DNA of 63,145 nt, filler included, from Hausera hauseri (lineage: Eukaryota), in assembly GCA_046269625.1 (NCBI GenBank). It is 12 parts of 12 records of this genome, joined end to end, with 100 filler letters (N's around TTAATTAATTAA, not from the genome) between each part and the next. Parts side by side here need not be neighbours in the genome. Positions count along the whole stretch, not along the records: positions 1 to 5,494 come from JBJURY010242849.1; positions 5,595 to 9,821 come from JBJURY010688884.1; positions 9,922 to 14,539 come from JBJURY010502019.1; 9 more parts are not named here. One strand, written 5' to 3'. Position 1 is the stretch's first letter, and each line of letters begins with the position of its first letter. The translations under genes were made by a program, and so were the position numbers. Shown in pieces: positions 1 to 14,022 of the stretch. A model generated the notes under the pieces. That model searched no databases and was not told where the DNA came from. It saw only the letters and a list, made by a program, of their open reading frames with translations.

Positions 1-2002
1 AAAATTTGAAAAAATTTCTTATTGAAACCGAAAATGTATTGACCGAAAAATTTTGCACTATTTAAACAATTAGTGTTTTTGCAAAAGAACAAAAAATTAA
101 TCAAGGTTGGGTGAATCGACCGTGTGCCAAAATTCGGTACTTGCTCACGTTGGACAATTTATTTACAGACTTAAGAAATTTTTGTGGCTTTCTTGACAAG
201 GTATCTTGACGAAATTATGGAGTCTGAAGTTCATTGAATATTCGAATTTTTATTTTGTTTGTCTTGTCGTAAGTATTAAAGCCATTCGTTTTTAGTACGA
301 AACTTCTGTTGCAAACCGTTTATTTTCAGAATGAATTTGGCGATGTTATTTTTCCTTTTTTTCTTTTTTTTGGTATATTTCGTTGTGGAAAAATAAGATA
401 TCACGGTAGATAATAAATGATTTTTTCAACAGCCGAATTGTTGAATTGTTGATGATTTCTTTACTGCGGATTTGCTTGCATGCCATTCCTGTTTTCTTGA
501 TTACATCGCGTTGTTTTCAGAATTTCGAAAGGAGTAGATGGCTTTTATTATAGACCGTCGGAATTAAAATTTGATATGCACCTAAACAGACGTAATAGAT
601 TTTCAAGAGATGAAAAATAATTTTTCGAGAATTACGTAATTTTTTATGAATTCCAGGTATATTAAATTTGATGAATGATTGCTCGACCGCAAGCCAAATA
701 ATCGCCAAAAAGGCGATGGATAAGCGGAAGACACGCCGGCTAAACGGCATCAAATGGCGAATTAATTGCTGAGAATGGTGGTTGCGCCTGAGGCTGCGGC
801 AACATAAATATGAACTTTCAACAGCGCAATGTATGTGTCGACTGAATGATTACAATCGGCCGAAGACATTTTAAAACACTAAAAATTTACATTGTTTATA
901 ATCCTTTAACCTTATACTATCATGACCATAATGACCTTGACATCGTGTGACCTTGACGTGGTGAGGAGTAAGGGTTTTTTCCAGATAGCTCATTTTTCCT
1001 ATTCTCAGGTCATCGTATCCACTGTTTCCTTTGAGGTAAATAAACTCGAATTTTCATCACACGAAATGGCATTCCACATAATAACTAAACCTCTTAAAGA
1101 ATGCCGTTTTGTTAAACATGGCCAACTTGTATGAAAGTTTTGACTAAATTTATGAAATTATCCAGCGTTAAATTGCAACATGAAAAACCTTTTGAACTCA
1201 GCTGAACAGTTGATAAAGGACCATGTATATAGATAATCCATTAAGAACAATAGTTCTTCGTTGGGATATTGTGTTTTATGACTCACCACTTATCGTCCTC
1301 GGACGTCTCCTCCTACGAGTCTGCTTGTCGGGAAATAAGCGGCTTTCTGTTGGGACCAACGATTCAAACATTCCATCCGTCGTGGCGATCAACATCAAGA
1401 AAATTCCCATAAATGACGAAGAGTCGAACATCGAGGTGCTGCACGAATCTACTACACTGTAGGAGTTCACACGCCTTAAGGTAAATCCGAATATGTCGGT
1501 ACGGAGTTCGGCTTGCTTGAGGATTTTCCTGCGAGACAGGTTGATCGAGTGAATCGCTGCAGAGGTACTCTATATTTACTCCAGTGTGACCTGCTAGGGG
1601 TACCCTAATGATTCAGTACGCATGAATCTAAGCCATCGTTCCCACGACACAAGAGCCACCAGATAGAATATCTACGGTTGGAGTCCTTGATTGAGTGTCT
1701 CCGTTACTTCTTTGAGAAACAGGTTCGCCAGTCCTAGCTTTGATAGCTGAGGACTGCGGCCTCGCATCATATTCGCGAAGAGCCTCTGTTTCATATGAGA
1801 GCACGATCTCACTGTCGTCTTGGTCCAGATCTACCATTTAGATTCTCTCGCAGTATGAGAACATAATCTCACTATAAGAGCTACCGAGATCCACAACTTC
1901 CTCCCGTTCGTACAATGATTCGAGCGAAGTTTTCTTTCTGGGTATCCTCGATTTGATGTCCTGAGGTAACGGTCGGACAATCCCATCGGATTTTTCTCTT
2001 TC

Positions 2003-2150
2003 ATCTGCATTTCAGTTTTCTGCATTCTCCTCCATTTGTTCATCGGCCTCAGCATTTCCGTTTTCTGCATTCACGTTTTTTGTTCATCGGCCTCGGCATT
2101 TCCGTTTCTGCATTCTCGTTTTTTCTTCATCGGCATTGGCATTTTCGTTC
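2003..2150. repeat. Short degenerate tandem repeat (~45 bp unit, ttcatcggcctcggcatttccgttttctgcattc)
   Basis: 3-4 imperfect copies visible; minus-strand translation repeats MQKTEM. Confidence 0.6.
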
Positions 2151-2329
2151 CTTTTCGATTGAATTTGAACAATTAATTCTTCTCTAAAACTGTATATACA
2201 AACTGTTAGCCTCGTACGCATCCACACCGCTCACATCGTCTCCCAGCTTGAATTGGGTTGAAGAATCCCCGCACCCTGGTACGTTTGCTAAAGCGAAATT
2301 TGACCATTTGTAATCACTCATTTAAAGGT

Positions 2330-4611
2330 TACCACCAGTTGTTGAAATCTTTATCATTACCTTAAAACAATCATTTCGAAACAAATTTCTTGAAATTTTC
2401 AATTTGAATTTTATCTTTGGATTGGATGAGGAGTACAAATTCTATTCGCTGCATATATATGATGCCGAATTGGAAGATCATAGGGATCTGCTTCTACTAG
2501 ATGATAGAGAAAAGAAGCATTATATTTGGATAAAGAATTTTGAACGTCTAGTAAGATCCCAAATAACAACAAATCATGCAAGAATTGAGATCCATAAGCA
2601 ATGCTTGTCCCATTTCCGTGGCGATGCCGCAGTGGACAGGCTTGCACGACACAAGATGCACTGCAACAGCAAGTATTGTATTAGGCCAGAGTTTCCCAAG
2701 GATGACTACACTGAATTCGAGGAGGTCGAGAAGAATATCAATGTCCCAATAGAAATATATTGCGACATTTAAGCAATGCTGTGACCAGTTCAGAATTGCA
2801 GCCCCAATCTGCAACATAGCAGCAAAACGGCATACAATATTGTGAACTCTCATCATATTGTATGCATGCCAAAGAACTGGACAGTGAACCATATTTATTC
2901 AGGGGTCCAAATGCAGCAGCTCATTTTATAAAGTGACATGATAAAATAACTCATAGGATTGGAGATATGTTGCAGTAGAATAAGAATAAATGAACATATC
3001 GAAGAAGTAAGAAGAAGAATGGCGCAAGGAAACAGCATATTACTTGTGCGACAAGTCCTTCACCACGGAGAATTGGAAAGTCAGGGTCATTGTCATTTTA
3101 CAGGCTAATATCGAGGCTTGGTATGCCACAATTTCAATCTACGCTGAAAAACATTTACACATGTGCATGTAGTATTCCACGATCTCAGTGGCTATGATTG
3201 CCATTTCATATTCCGAGAATTGGGAAATGTTTAAAGAAACTTTGATATGATCCCAAACAGTAAAGAAAAATACGTCACCTTTACAAAACATATCGGCAAA
3301 GTCCGACTTCGCTTCGTAGGCAGCTTCGGCTTCATATCGTCTTCACTTGACAGCTTAGTGAAGAATCTCCCTGCAGAAAAACTCAAGGAGACGAAGAGGT
3401 TCTTCCCCACTACATTTGACTTAGTCAAGAGGAAACGAGTGTTTCCCAATGATTACATAACATCAAAGAAACATTGGATGAGACCTCATTTCCGGACATG
3501 GAGGGCTTTTAAAGCCAGCTGCCAGACAGCCATATCAGTGAAGAGGACTACCGACAGACTCAGTATGTCTGGCGTGCATTTCAATGCAGGACAATTGGGG
3601 AATACAGCGATATATACCTCAAGACGGACATAGTGTTACTGATGGGTGTCTTTGAGGGCTTCAGGGATGTTACGATGAAGAGCCATACATAGGATACGGA
3701 TCATTTCTTTACAGCTCCAGTAATGAATTGGGCAGCAATGCTTAGATATACAGGTTTTCGGCTGCAGATGATAAAGGATTATGATTTGATCATATGATCG
3801 AAAGAGACATTAGAGGTTGAATATGCCAGGTCATTCACAGTCATAGTAAGGCCAACACCAAGTATATAGCCGAATACGAACCAGCAAAGTCATCCTTGTA
3901 TATAATATACCTAGATGGATGGGCAATGAGCATCCCATTGCCATATGATGACTTCAAGTGGACTGAGCATCCTGAAGACATCCTTATACTGGGCTTGGAT
4001 CCCGCTGAGATACGGGCTACATACTGGAGGTGGATGTTGAATATCCACATAGCATCCACACAAGGCATGAACAGATGCCTGATGTAAAAATTCCACTATG
4101 ACATTATGGTCCCCACATTCCAATCTATACATCTGATGTACATGGATGCTGGCAGCTTCTTCTATCAGATCCATACAGAAAACATCTAAGCAGACTTAGA
4201 TAAATTGGCTCAACATATGGATATATTTGACTATCCAAAGGAGCATCCGAACTATTCAATCGCCAACAAAAAAGTCCCTAAAAATTCAGAGACGAGGTGA
4301 ATGGGGCAGTCATTTCGCAATTTGTTGCACTACGGAGTAAAATATACGCGCTTGATGTATATGGCCAGATCATAAAGAGAGCCAATGGCGTTCAAATGGC
4401 TACCTTAGCCAAGAAGATTGACTTTTGTGACTGTGCGAGAGTTCTGCAGGAGCAGACTCACATCATATCAGAGATGCGCAGGATCCAATCTAGTGTTTAC
4501 AACATTGAGACAGTAACACTGCAGAAAAAGAGCCTATATTGGATGGATGAAAATAGGCAGATCCTGGGTGATGGAATTAGCACACTACCTCACGGGCATG
4601 CTGCAATGTGA
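2330..4611 (+). pseudogene. Decayed protein-primed family B DNA polymerase (Polinton/Maverick/adintovirus), family A
   Basis: Fragments HYIWIKNFERLV, IYCD, IPNSKEKYVTF, SSLDSLVKNL, GWAMSIPLP, FVALRSKIYA, TLPHGH; many stops, frameshifts and an internal deletion. Confidence 0.9.
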
Positions 4612-4719
4612 ATATGTAAACAGTTTTGTATTTGTTACGACTTGTTGTATTTTTGTATTAATAAACCTTATAAAAAATATCGTGTTGTCTTCTTGATCAA
4701 GAAATGTCCGATAAGGCGT

Positions 4720-5494
4720 GATCAAATGATAAACAGTATGAAGTGTATTCACCACTGACTTTACTACTATTCTGAAATGTTACCAATACCAATTTTGGTA
4801 GACGTTCATCACTAAATAGATTGTCCTTGTATTCGCCATGTGATTCATTGTGAATGGGAAACTGGACTATTTAAGCTCTTCGTACGGGATATATGGCATG
4901 TTGACTATCAAGACCCAATATATGGGCCATTCTCACAGATTCTTTGGCACGAACACGTCGTATCAATAATTTAGCTTCCACAACATACAGATGATGTTTA
5001 ATATCTGTTTCAGTTCCACACTTTTTATAATGAAAGATATTTAGACTATAATTCCTATGCATCTTGATTGTTAGATTGACACTGAGCATGAGATATTTAG
5101 GCTGCTCAAAAAGTCCAAGTTTAGTGGTCCACATAATGTTATTAAAGTTGATTTTTGGAACCATTTAGTTCTCTCTGCTGCTGCATCATATCCCATACAT
5201 TTGAGAAATATCTTTTTCGTATATGTTCTCAAATTCAATAGTCTCAACGATGGCCTTTTGAAAGTAACTAACATTTGTATCTTCAACATTTGCATTATTG
5301 AGAAACAAGGTCACATCTTTGAATGGGTAATGGAATATATAACTACTTGGTGTCAAAGCTGCGATATCAGTTTCGATGTCTTTTCCATCTGACTTAACTG
5401 CCTTGATTTTGATTGTTAGCATTGTATCATTCAGATCAATGTATTCATCTTCACTACCAATAATATCAAACTCTATATGGGATTTAGCATATCC
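4720..5494 (-). pseudogene. Polinton/adintovirus major capsid (double jelly-roll, hexon-like) protein fragment, convergent with pPolB
   Basis: FDIIGSEDEYIDLNDTMLTIKIK..DG, FKDVTLFLNN, LFEQPKYL, EAKLLIRRV..VRMAH..AIYPVRR and DNLFSDERLPKLV match the Maverick capsid pattern; 3'-truncated. Confidence 0.8.
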
Positions 5495-5594
5495 NNNNNN
5501 NNNNNNNNNNNNNNNNNNNNNNNNNNNNNNNNNNNNNNTTAATTAATTAANNNNNNNNNNNNNNNNNNNNNNNNNNNNNNNNNNNNNNNNNNNN
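5495..5594. other. Artificial contig linker (N44-TTAATTAATTAA-N44); also at 9822-9921, 14540-14639, 18783-18882, 25073-25172, 29617-29716, 36635-36734, 41292-41391, 48230-48329, 53537-53636, 58579-58678
   Basis: Identical 100-nt spacer with a six-frame stop 12-mer recurs 11 times; sequence content changes abruptly across each. Confidence 0.98.
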
Positions 5595-6109
5595 GGTCAA
5601 AGAAAAAAAAATTGATGGTGAGGAGATGCAGAAACTGACACAAAAGTTGTCTGATGCTGAAAGGGAACTAAAAGAAAAAGACGTATTCATAGATGGATTA
5701 AGGGACAAAATTTACGAACAGTGCTGTACAATATTTCGTTTGTGCAAAGATGGTGGGAGAAAGATGCAGGCAGAGGATTTGGATAAAAAGAAAGCACACA
5801 ATGAAAGAAGGTCGATTCAGACAGTCAATCTTCAGATTAACAAAATGCAGATTCACAAAGAAGTCCAGACATTGTTCCTATTGAACAGAAACAGTGTGGA
5901 GACACAAACAATGTTTCAGACCGGTTCAATGCAGGTCAAAGAAATCTAGACGGTGGAGAAGGTAACGGTTGAACATTCATATAGCAATTATTAAATTGTG
6001 TATAAAACTTACAATTGCTATAAATGAAGTTGTAAATATTTTATTATTTGTTGTATATATATATTTTTTAATAAATTTCTTATTTTGTTTTTATTTTATG
6101 TGCATACTT

Positions 6110-9100
6110 GTTGATAACCTCCATGAGTTCTACGCATACGGGAGCGATTAAGGTGGTTCGACTCGTCTATATACGTGCCCATATTCATCCGGTTGGTGGC
6201 TGCGGTTGACCGTTTATTCGAATCGGTGATTCCTTCTGAGAGTCAGCTGATTCCCGGCAACCGAACTAGTGAACGCGGCGCCCAAAGACTTTGAGTTCCA
6301 GCTCGGATGACTTGCCTATTCTTCTGCGGTGATGATGCAGGCCGGAACCGACCCAATCCTCACTTAAGGACTTGTACGCCTGTGCGGACAACACAATTGG
6401 TTTATGTAAACGTTTACAATATTATTTATCGATTTTGTTTTTTCTCATGTCATTTTTCTCCGTCGTTTTATTTGACGGATTATGCAGCTTTATATGTAAG
6501 ACTGCAGATTTCTTTAGATTTCTAAAAGTGGCAGCGGTTACCGCATTTACGCCTAACACACCAAGCACAACTGTTAATAACAATACGCTGACAATACTTT
6601 CAGCAGGGCTAACAATTAAAAAATCATTGTGAATGATTTCACACAAGAGCCGACGTCTAAAAGCTCGAACATTAACAAACACTACGATAACACCAATTCG
6701 GCACAAATCCCGAGACTTAACAACCCCTCGAGAAATTCAATTTTTCATACGCGGATTACGCAACACTTACAGCTCGCCACTTTTTATCCCAACCACATTT
6801 TTTCGCAACGCAAACCGTCTGCTCTGCTTCAAACTCTGCACCCAGATTTGAGCAACGCTGAGTTTGATCTTAAAAACAGCCAGCACACTACGGCGCTACT
6901 TCCTCAGTAGTTTGTCATAGCAAGTTCAAGCCACAATTGTGCTATTACCGTCCGATACTACATTGGACGATATGGCATCGAAATCCGATAAAATATGCGA
7001 GTGCACTAAAGGCACCACAGAATCCGCACCAGCGGAAAAGAAACTACATCACAGCGATCCAGCACCATCAGCTGGACACAATTATCGCTACCCTGCTGGC
7101 ACTTGTAACGCACAATAATCCGCCTGCCAGCGACAAACCGTCATCTCGACGTCAATCCTCCAATCGAAAGTCAAATTTTCAAAAATTGTCTACTTTCATA
7201 TTGCGATTTGGCGAGTCCGCCCAGAAATGTTACCATGGTTGGCCATTCGATAAACCGTCCGCAAGTGATAAAATGCAAGACACTTACATCTATCACGATC
7301 ACTTTGGTCCATATGCAAAAATCTGTCAGACTGGCTGCAAATTTTGTAAGCCGTCAAAAAACTAAATGGGTCTACACAACCATCGGCAAGTCGACTGGAA
7401 ACCCAGTCACCACAACTGCCGCAAAAAGTAGCGAACACGTCGTCAACGCTATTTTCACACTCGAAGCAATGCCACAACATTGATATCTCGAAAACACTCG
7501 ATTTCCTAATCGACACGTGCATTTTTGTCGCTGATACTTAGCGCATACTCCAGAACTATGGTGGTCTTACATGCATCGCTCAAAGGCGCCAATGGCACGC
7601 AGATTGCAACCACAGGTACATTACACTTACAATTTCAATGATAAGACTGTCCATACGTCACCGAAGATATTCCAAAAACAGCCATGATAATGCATTTTGG
7701 ATTGTTTGAGTACTTACGCATGCCATTCGGCTTACGGGGTGCAAGTCAAATATTCCAACGCCACATTGACCAAGCGCCTTATGCCATCCCATATATACAT
7801 GATATTGATTGCATCACTTGATGAAGCGACTCACAAAACACTTCGAACAAGTGTTTCATAGGTTGAATGAAAACATTCTACAGGTGAACATAAACAAATG
7901 TTCACTTTTCAAAACAGAAGCTTGCTTTCTCGGACTTCACTTAACACAACATGGTCACGGTTCTCTTCCTAAGCTACTGTAAGCCATCAAACAGATGCCA
8001 AAGCCGTCCACCGTGACGGGGCTTCGCGGCTTACTTGGCATTATAAATTCCTGCCATTGCTACATTCCGCACTTCTCGGAAATCCTGTCACCTCTGCTCT
8101 AAGTCAGGGACTTAATAAATCCCAAATAAACTGGACAGATGAGGCTGAACAGACATTTGCTGATGCAAAGACAGCACTACTTCGCATGCCCACACTACAC
8201 TTCCAAAACAGATGCACCGTTTATTTTAATGACAGATGCATCCACAAACGCTGCGTGCGCTGTGCTCACCCAATCAATCCATGGCAAAAAAGCTCCAATT
8301 CTTTTCCCCCAAATTCAATTCCGCTGAACTACGCTACTTTACTTTCGACCGAGAATTACTAGCCGTAATTTTCAGCGTCAAACACTTCAGATACTTCCTC
8401 GAAGTAAATGTGTTCACATTCCGCACGGATCACAAACCACTCATTCTCATGATGAATATGAAAAACGCACCGCCTCGTCAAGAGCGGCACTTCACTTCTA
8501 TCGGAATTTTCATTCCAGATTAAACACATAACAGGAAAAGATAATACAGTTGCTGATTTCTTTTCCAGAACAGGAATATCAACAATATCCTTCCACCAAA
8601 TTTTTACGGACGAAATTCTCTGATCAAACCCCACAAATGAAGACAATATCACGTTTTTCACAAGTCGACAAAGGATGGAATACACTCCAACACCATCTTG
8701 AATAGTTGTCCACGCCCCATTCTTTCAGAAAACCTGTAGAAACAGGCATTCGACACCATCTGCAATATTCATCACCCTGGATCAAAAACGTCTCGTCTAT
8801 TAAGCTGTAAAGTCTGTTGTCCTCTCATGTTAAGCGATGTAATGCGTTGGACAAAGGAATGTTCACTTATCCAACAATACAAGGTCAACAAGATCATACA
8901 GCCACTGATACTACACTATCATACTGGCTCAGTTTGAAACCACGCATATGGATATTGTAAGACCACTTCCCGGATATCAGTATATTCTAACCATTCTGAA
9001 TAGGAAAACATGATGGCACGAAGTTATTCCAATTCGCCAAATTATAACGTAAAGCGTTATGATGATATTACAAAATACATGGATTTTTCTATTTGGAGTA

Positions 9101-9821
9101 CCCAAAAATATTGTAACAAATCAAGGTGCCCAATTCGAATCAGCCATGTTCAATCAATAATCCTTACAAATCCTATTCCACGACAAGAACTGGTTGGATG
9201 CAGTACCAATTGTGCTATTAGGTTTGAGAAACACTTTCAACATTAGTACCGATTCCTCTGGCACAAAAGTTTGGTGCCCATATCACCTTCCCGCATGATC
9301 TGGTCAGCAATGACGAAATAACTTCCATCCTTGCTCAACCAAGCTCGGAATTATTTCTTGTCCATTGACACGAACCACAAAAAAACACTCGTTCCGAAGA
9401 ATCTACAAGAAGCTTCCTTTGTCTGGCTCTAAAGCCAACAAAGATACGGGTTTGAACCGTACTACACGGGTCCCTACAATCTCGCAGAAATTACTGAGCG
9501 CATATTTTACGTTGGCAACGCCAAAATATTACGCGACAATGCTGAAGATATAGTTCAATTGTCAAACGTAAAACCAGCATTCGTCTATCATGAGTCAGAT
9601 ACCGAAGAAGACAAAACAAGAATGTAGGAAGTAGACAAGCTTCAGGAAAACTACGAGAAAATCGATCCTTTCGATATGGACACTCCCGTTATGCATGACC
9701 CAACCCCATTCAAACTGAAACAAACCTCGCATTAACGTCCGTACTTCCTGAAATGGAATGTTCGACAATGCTCAACCAAACTCCTGCTGCACGGGTATCA
9801 AGCTATGCCAGAAGTGCGTCA
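6110..9821 (+). mobile_element. Decayed Ty3/gypsy LTR retrotransposon, CsRn1-like (putative 5' LTR ~6110-6527, gag ~6600-7365, protease ~7500, RT, RNase H, integrase)
   Basis: Gag CHCC-like YHDHFGPYAKICQTGC; protease FLIDT; RT GLFEYLRMPFGL; RNase H MTDAS, FDRELLAV, RTDHKPL; integrase HMDIV. gtggcagcggt at ~6528 resembles a tRNA-Leu PBS. LTR limits are tentative. Confidence 0.88.
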
Positions 9822-9921
9822 NNNNNNNNNNNNNNNNNNNNNNNNNNNNNNNNNNNNNNNNNNNNTTAATTAATTAANNNNNNNNNNNNNNNNNNNNNNN
9901 NNNNNNNNNNNNNNNNNNNNN

Positions 9922-10097
9922 GTACGAGACTGTCAGCTTATGTGTGTACTATGTAAACAAAGAAAAGTGGATACGGTATTCTTAATGTGCGGCCATCTCA
10001 TTGTTTGTCAAATGTGTTCAACCACCACCAAAGAACCCACCAATGTCCAGAATGTAAATGTGCCATAATGGAAATTGTGCAAATTTATTACGAATGA
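9922..10097 (+). pseudogene. IAP/Mdm2-type C3HC4 RING finger C-terminus (frameshifted), convergent with pPolB
   Basis: Manual translation CVLCKQRKVDTVFLMCGHLIVCQMC-[fs]-QCPECKCAIMEIVQIYYE*. Confidence 0.75.
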
Positions 10098-10199
10098 CGT
10101 CGATCAAAACAGTGTCACGGACTTCAGTGACGTGGAGGTAATTTGTATCATTGTGATGAGACAATACCCATAAAGTAAATGTATATTGCTTACAATTAA

Positions 10200-13100
10200 A
10201 ACCTTCTTCTTCTTCTTCTTCTTCTTGTCCATCATAGATGCGTCGATAATCACCGTGATTTATTTCCGTCTGTTTCAGCTGGATGCCTTTTGCCCGAATT
10301 TTCGGTCCGCATTACGTCAGAAGACTGTAGCACTTTGGGCGCAAAAATATCCATTCCCTGTATTGAACCCGACCTTTACTTTCGTCCTTGAAGCATCTGA
10401 TTTTGTTTGTTATCGCGCTGCTGTACAGAGGATGGTTCTGCGGGTAGTTGGACGTGTCCAGTAGTCCATCTGACATCATTTATCGGATCAGCTGCTTTTG
10501 ATTGATGTTTTTCAGTTGAACGAAAAAGCTGTCTGTGTCACCGGCAACGATGCTAATCTCACAGCCGTCGAACGTTTGCCAGTAACGTGCCAAGTCGCGA
10601 TACTGGAGCTCGTACATTCGCAACTTTCTCAGGTCAAATACCACTTGTCCTATATAGCCTGGTCGGTCCAGCACGACTTCTTCTCTGTTTAGAAGCATAG
10701 CGACCAATCCATCGGCAAAGTGCATTAATTTCCTGAGCAGCGCCTTGCTAGTGTACGGAACCAGTCGTTTTTCGTTGTTGCACAGGCGCACATTGAACCG
10801 CTTCTTCAAATATTCCACTGTTTTTCCATACAGTGAATTGTTTACGAGCTTGTAATCGTCCTTTTTGAACTTTGTACAAGCTATGGCTCGTTTCCCGGAA
10901 TTCCCATCAATGTACGCATTGAATATCATCGCCTGATTGAGGAGGATTGCATGATGCAGCTGTGTAACGTGTACACCGAGCTGCATGTAAAACTGCAGTA
11001 GACGCTAATGAACCATGCAATTCGATTTGCGTTCATGCGTCATGAACAGCTTCTTTACTTTTGAACCCGGGTGGACATTGGCTGATTGGTGCCGCGGGTA
11101 ATTCATCCAGATCGTCATGCAACTCATCTGGTACCAAAAGATCGACTTCCATTAGGTAGCCGACTGAGCTGCTTTCTGTCGTCTTTGCTGCTGCTGCTGC
11201 TGGCAGACTGTCCAGCAATGTATCCAGTTCTTGTTTGTCCATTATCCATTCAAATGAACCGTACGGCAAGGATTGCGAAAGCTCCCAGCCGTACAGGTTA
11301 TTAATATGGATGTACAACATTGACGCTGTATCATCGTCATCACTGGTTATGTGATGCTTGTTGACAAATGTCATGCTACCGCGAATACCAACATCAAACA
11401 GCCGGTACATTTCTGGGTCTTGCAATAGCTCGATATCCCGATCCAGTAACATCAGAGCTGACGCCCAACTCATTCCGGGTATTGAGTAAAAGTGGAGCGG
11501 TTCCAACCTATCTTCCTCCAACGCTCTAGCCCGAAATGTCCGAAAAACATCGGCTAATAGGTACATGTCGAGCTTTAGATACTGAAGCATATAGTCCAAC
11601 AGGTTTCTGCAGCCGAGCTCTGCCCAAAACTACTGTGCTGTGTGATATTCTTCTTCTTCTGTGATACCGAGCCATTGCGGTGATAATTCGCTTGTCGTCT
11701 GGAGCCGCTCGTACGATATCGCAAAGTCATACGGGAATATGCCTTTGCTGCGTACAATATGCGCGGGGAACTGTGTCAGTGTTAGCGGCACATTCGACAA
11801 GGAATTTATCAGCTTTGCAAAAGACTCATTGAGGAACTGTAATGAGTCAAGGAATCGCAGCTGTAACCGGTTTATGCGTGTCGACAGAAACAGGTATTTC
11901 TCAGTCGTTGTTGAGATTATGGACAGTTCCCAGTGTGGAAATCCATTAATGGCCCATTTCAGAATATGGTGACAGTTATAACCCCTTAAGTTATGAAATA
12001 TCACCGGCAGGAATAGTCGCACCCGTCTTGCCAAATGGCATGAATTGCGTGCTGCTCCCAAGTATCAGCCAGTAAAATGATCGTGATCCGGTACGAGCCG
12101 TTCCTATGCATCGAATGGCAACATTTTGTGACACAGGTAACATTCGTCAGTGGTAGTGAAAAGCAACAGTTCATAGTCGTTTGCCCAGATCAAGGGTTTA
12201 GTGCTATTATTCCGATACCACGGCGCGATTTCCGTTTCCACTATAGTCTCCAGCTAATGTAGGAAATCATGCACACAATTCCATCCGTGGGAAACGTCGT
12301 ATTGCTGTTGTTCGTCAGCATTAATAGGCACAACCAGCATGCCGACGGCGATTGGAACATGCTTCTGGTCATACACGTTGTGCTGTAGTAGAATTGCTTT
12401 GATATCGACATATAAGACATATGACGGACTGTCCGTTTTTGACCAATCACTGAATCTTAGAGCTTTTTTGACGGGTATGACGTACATTGTTGTTCCTAAG
12501 CAATGTTTTATACACAGCGTCACATAATTTTCCATGTAATTTCTGACCTGAATCCGTGTAAACATTCAGGACACCATTTACATTGTATTCGTTTTTTGAT
12601 CAACTGGTCATGTGCCATGTTCAGCAGTATGTCTATATTTGTCACTGCAGCATAATGGAACTTTTCCTCTTGATCCAATATTGACTGTCCATTCAGGTTT
12701 CAACTGAGGTAGATTATATCCACATGTGGATTTTTGTATATCTCTTCGTCTGCCGGTATTTTAATTATTATGTTGTACCGGAACACGTTGATTGCCAGTG
12801 TCGGATTACGCCGTTCAAATGTTGCAACTGTTTTTAGTTTCATCGGAATCCAGATTTTATAGAAATCCAATTCCGAAAAATACTGCCCATACAAACTTGG
12901 ACAATTCGCATGTTGCCTGGACACTTCGATATATTTTAATACTGCTAGAATACTGTATAGAAAACAGTATTTATTATCAGTATTTTTCGAATTCACTATC
13001 GCATGTTAGTGTTTCAGAGCCTCAAGTGTCGGTAAGAATGAACGTCCGGACAGGTAAATTATGTCACTCGACTTTGTTGTAATAAAACCGAGAGTGACAA

Positions 13101-14022
13101 TTTTGATTATTCGCCATCCACTGGCTTTTTCCTTATAGTTGACAATTTTTTAGCCCCGCTTTTCGCCTACGTCGCCAATAAAATTCTCTAAATAGGACAC
13201 AGTTCCATATGACAGGTACCATTGTTTCCTGTCACCTTGATGTTTTCAAATTCTGCAAGTCCATAACAATGCACTCTGCAATGTTTGAATTTCCGCACTT
13301 CAGCTTCCAGTCGGTATCGCACACTAGACGGACATGACTCAATTGCGTTTTTGTGTTCGCGGGCATGTCCACCTTCATGTCCACGTACGATCTGTTTAGA
13401 TCGTACGTGACGGTAATGTGTGGTTCCTCCTCCTCCTACTACTCCTGCTGTTGCTGCTGTTGCAGTTGCTGCTGATTACTGCTGCTGTTTTGCGCGTATT
13501 CGTCAAGGCTTGTGGATGCTTAACGTTTCCTTGTTGTCGTTGTTGTTGCTTTTTGTTGCGTCCATGAGTATCTGCTTTTTCGACCGATTAAACTGGTTCA
13601 AGTGGTCCTTGTGTTGATTGTAGAATTGTTCATAGTTGATTTGATCATCATCATCATCATCATCAACTATAGAACAACAACCCGGACAAACATAAGCCCG
13701 TTTACCGTTCAGAGTTATGGCTGTGCCATAGTGTTGCTGCATTTCAATATGGCAACCAGCAACGTTATGCATTCTACCAGTACAGTAACGTGGGTATTTA
13801 AGACAATGCACAAGTATCATTTTCTTGGACCGCGTAAACGGCCCGAGATGATGCTTGTGCATTTCATAAAATTCGGAGTACGGGTATTGGGTTAAAATAT
13901 TGCAGGTTGGACACAAATAGCTGCCATCCGTGCCCACACCGTAATACTTCGCCATCTGCTGATGGCACTGCTCCTAATCTACATGTATGCGTGATACGCA
14001 ATACACGGGATAATGTTTGCAT
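10200..14022 (-). pseudogene. Decayed pPolB (Polinton/adintovirus), family B, with N-terminal Zn-finger-like repeats and EndoVII-like insertion
   Basis: CFLYSILA, PVIFHNLRGY, RFLDSLQFL, KGIFPYD, YLKLDMYLLADVF, INNLYGW, KLVNNSLYGK, GDTDSFF. Confidence 0.92.

Noticed and set aside
900-2300. Possible retroelement 3' tail and LTR on the minus strand
   Set aside because: No diagnostic protein motif, clear PPT or paired LTR could be established.
5626-5949. Short coiled-coil ORF and other small ORFs (e.g. 14296-14502, 14982-15197)
   Set aside because: No recognisable motif; no function can be supported.
10200-14022. Directed hypermutation (RIP/APOBEC-like) of repeats
   Set aside because: Several stops fit C>T or G>A changes, but differences between paralogues look mixed and include indels; a counted mutation spectrum is needed.
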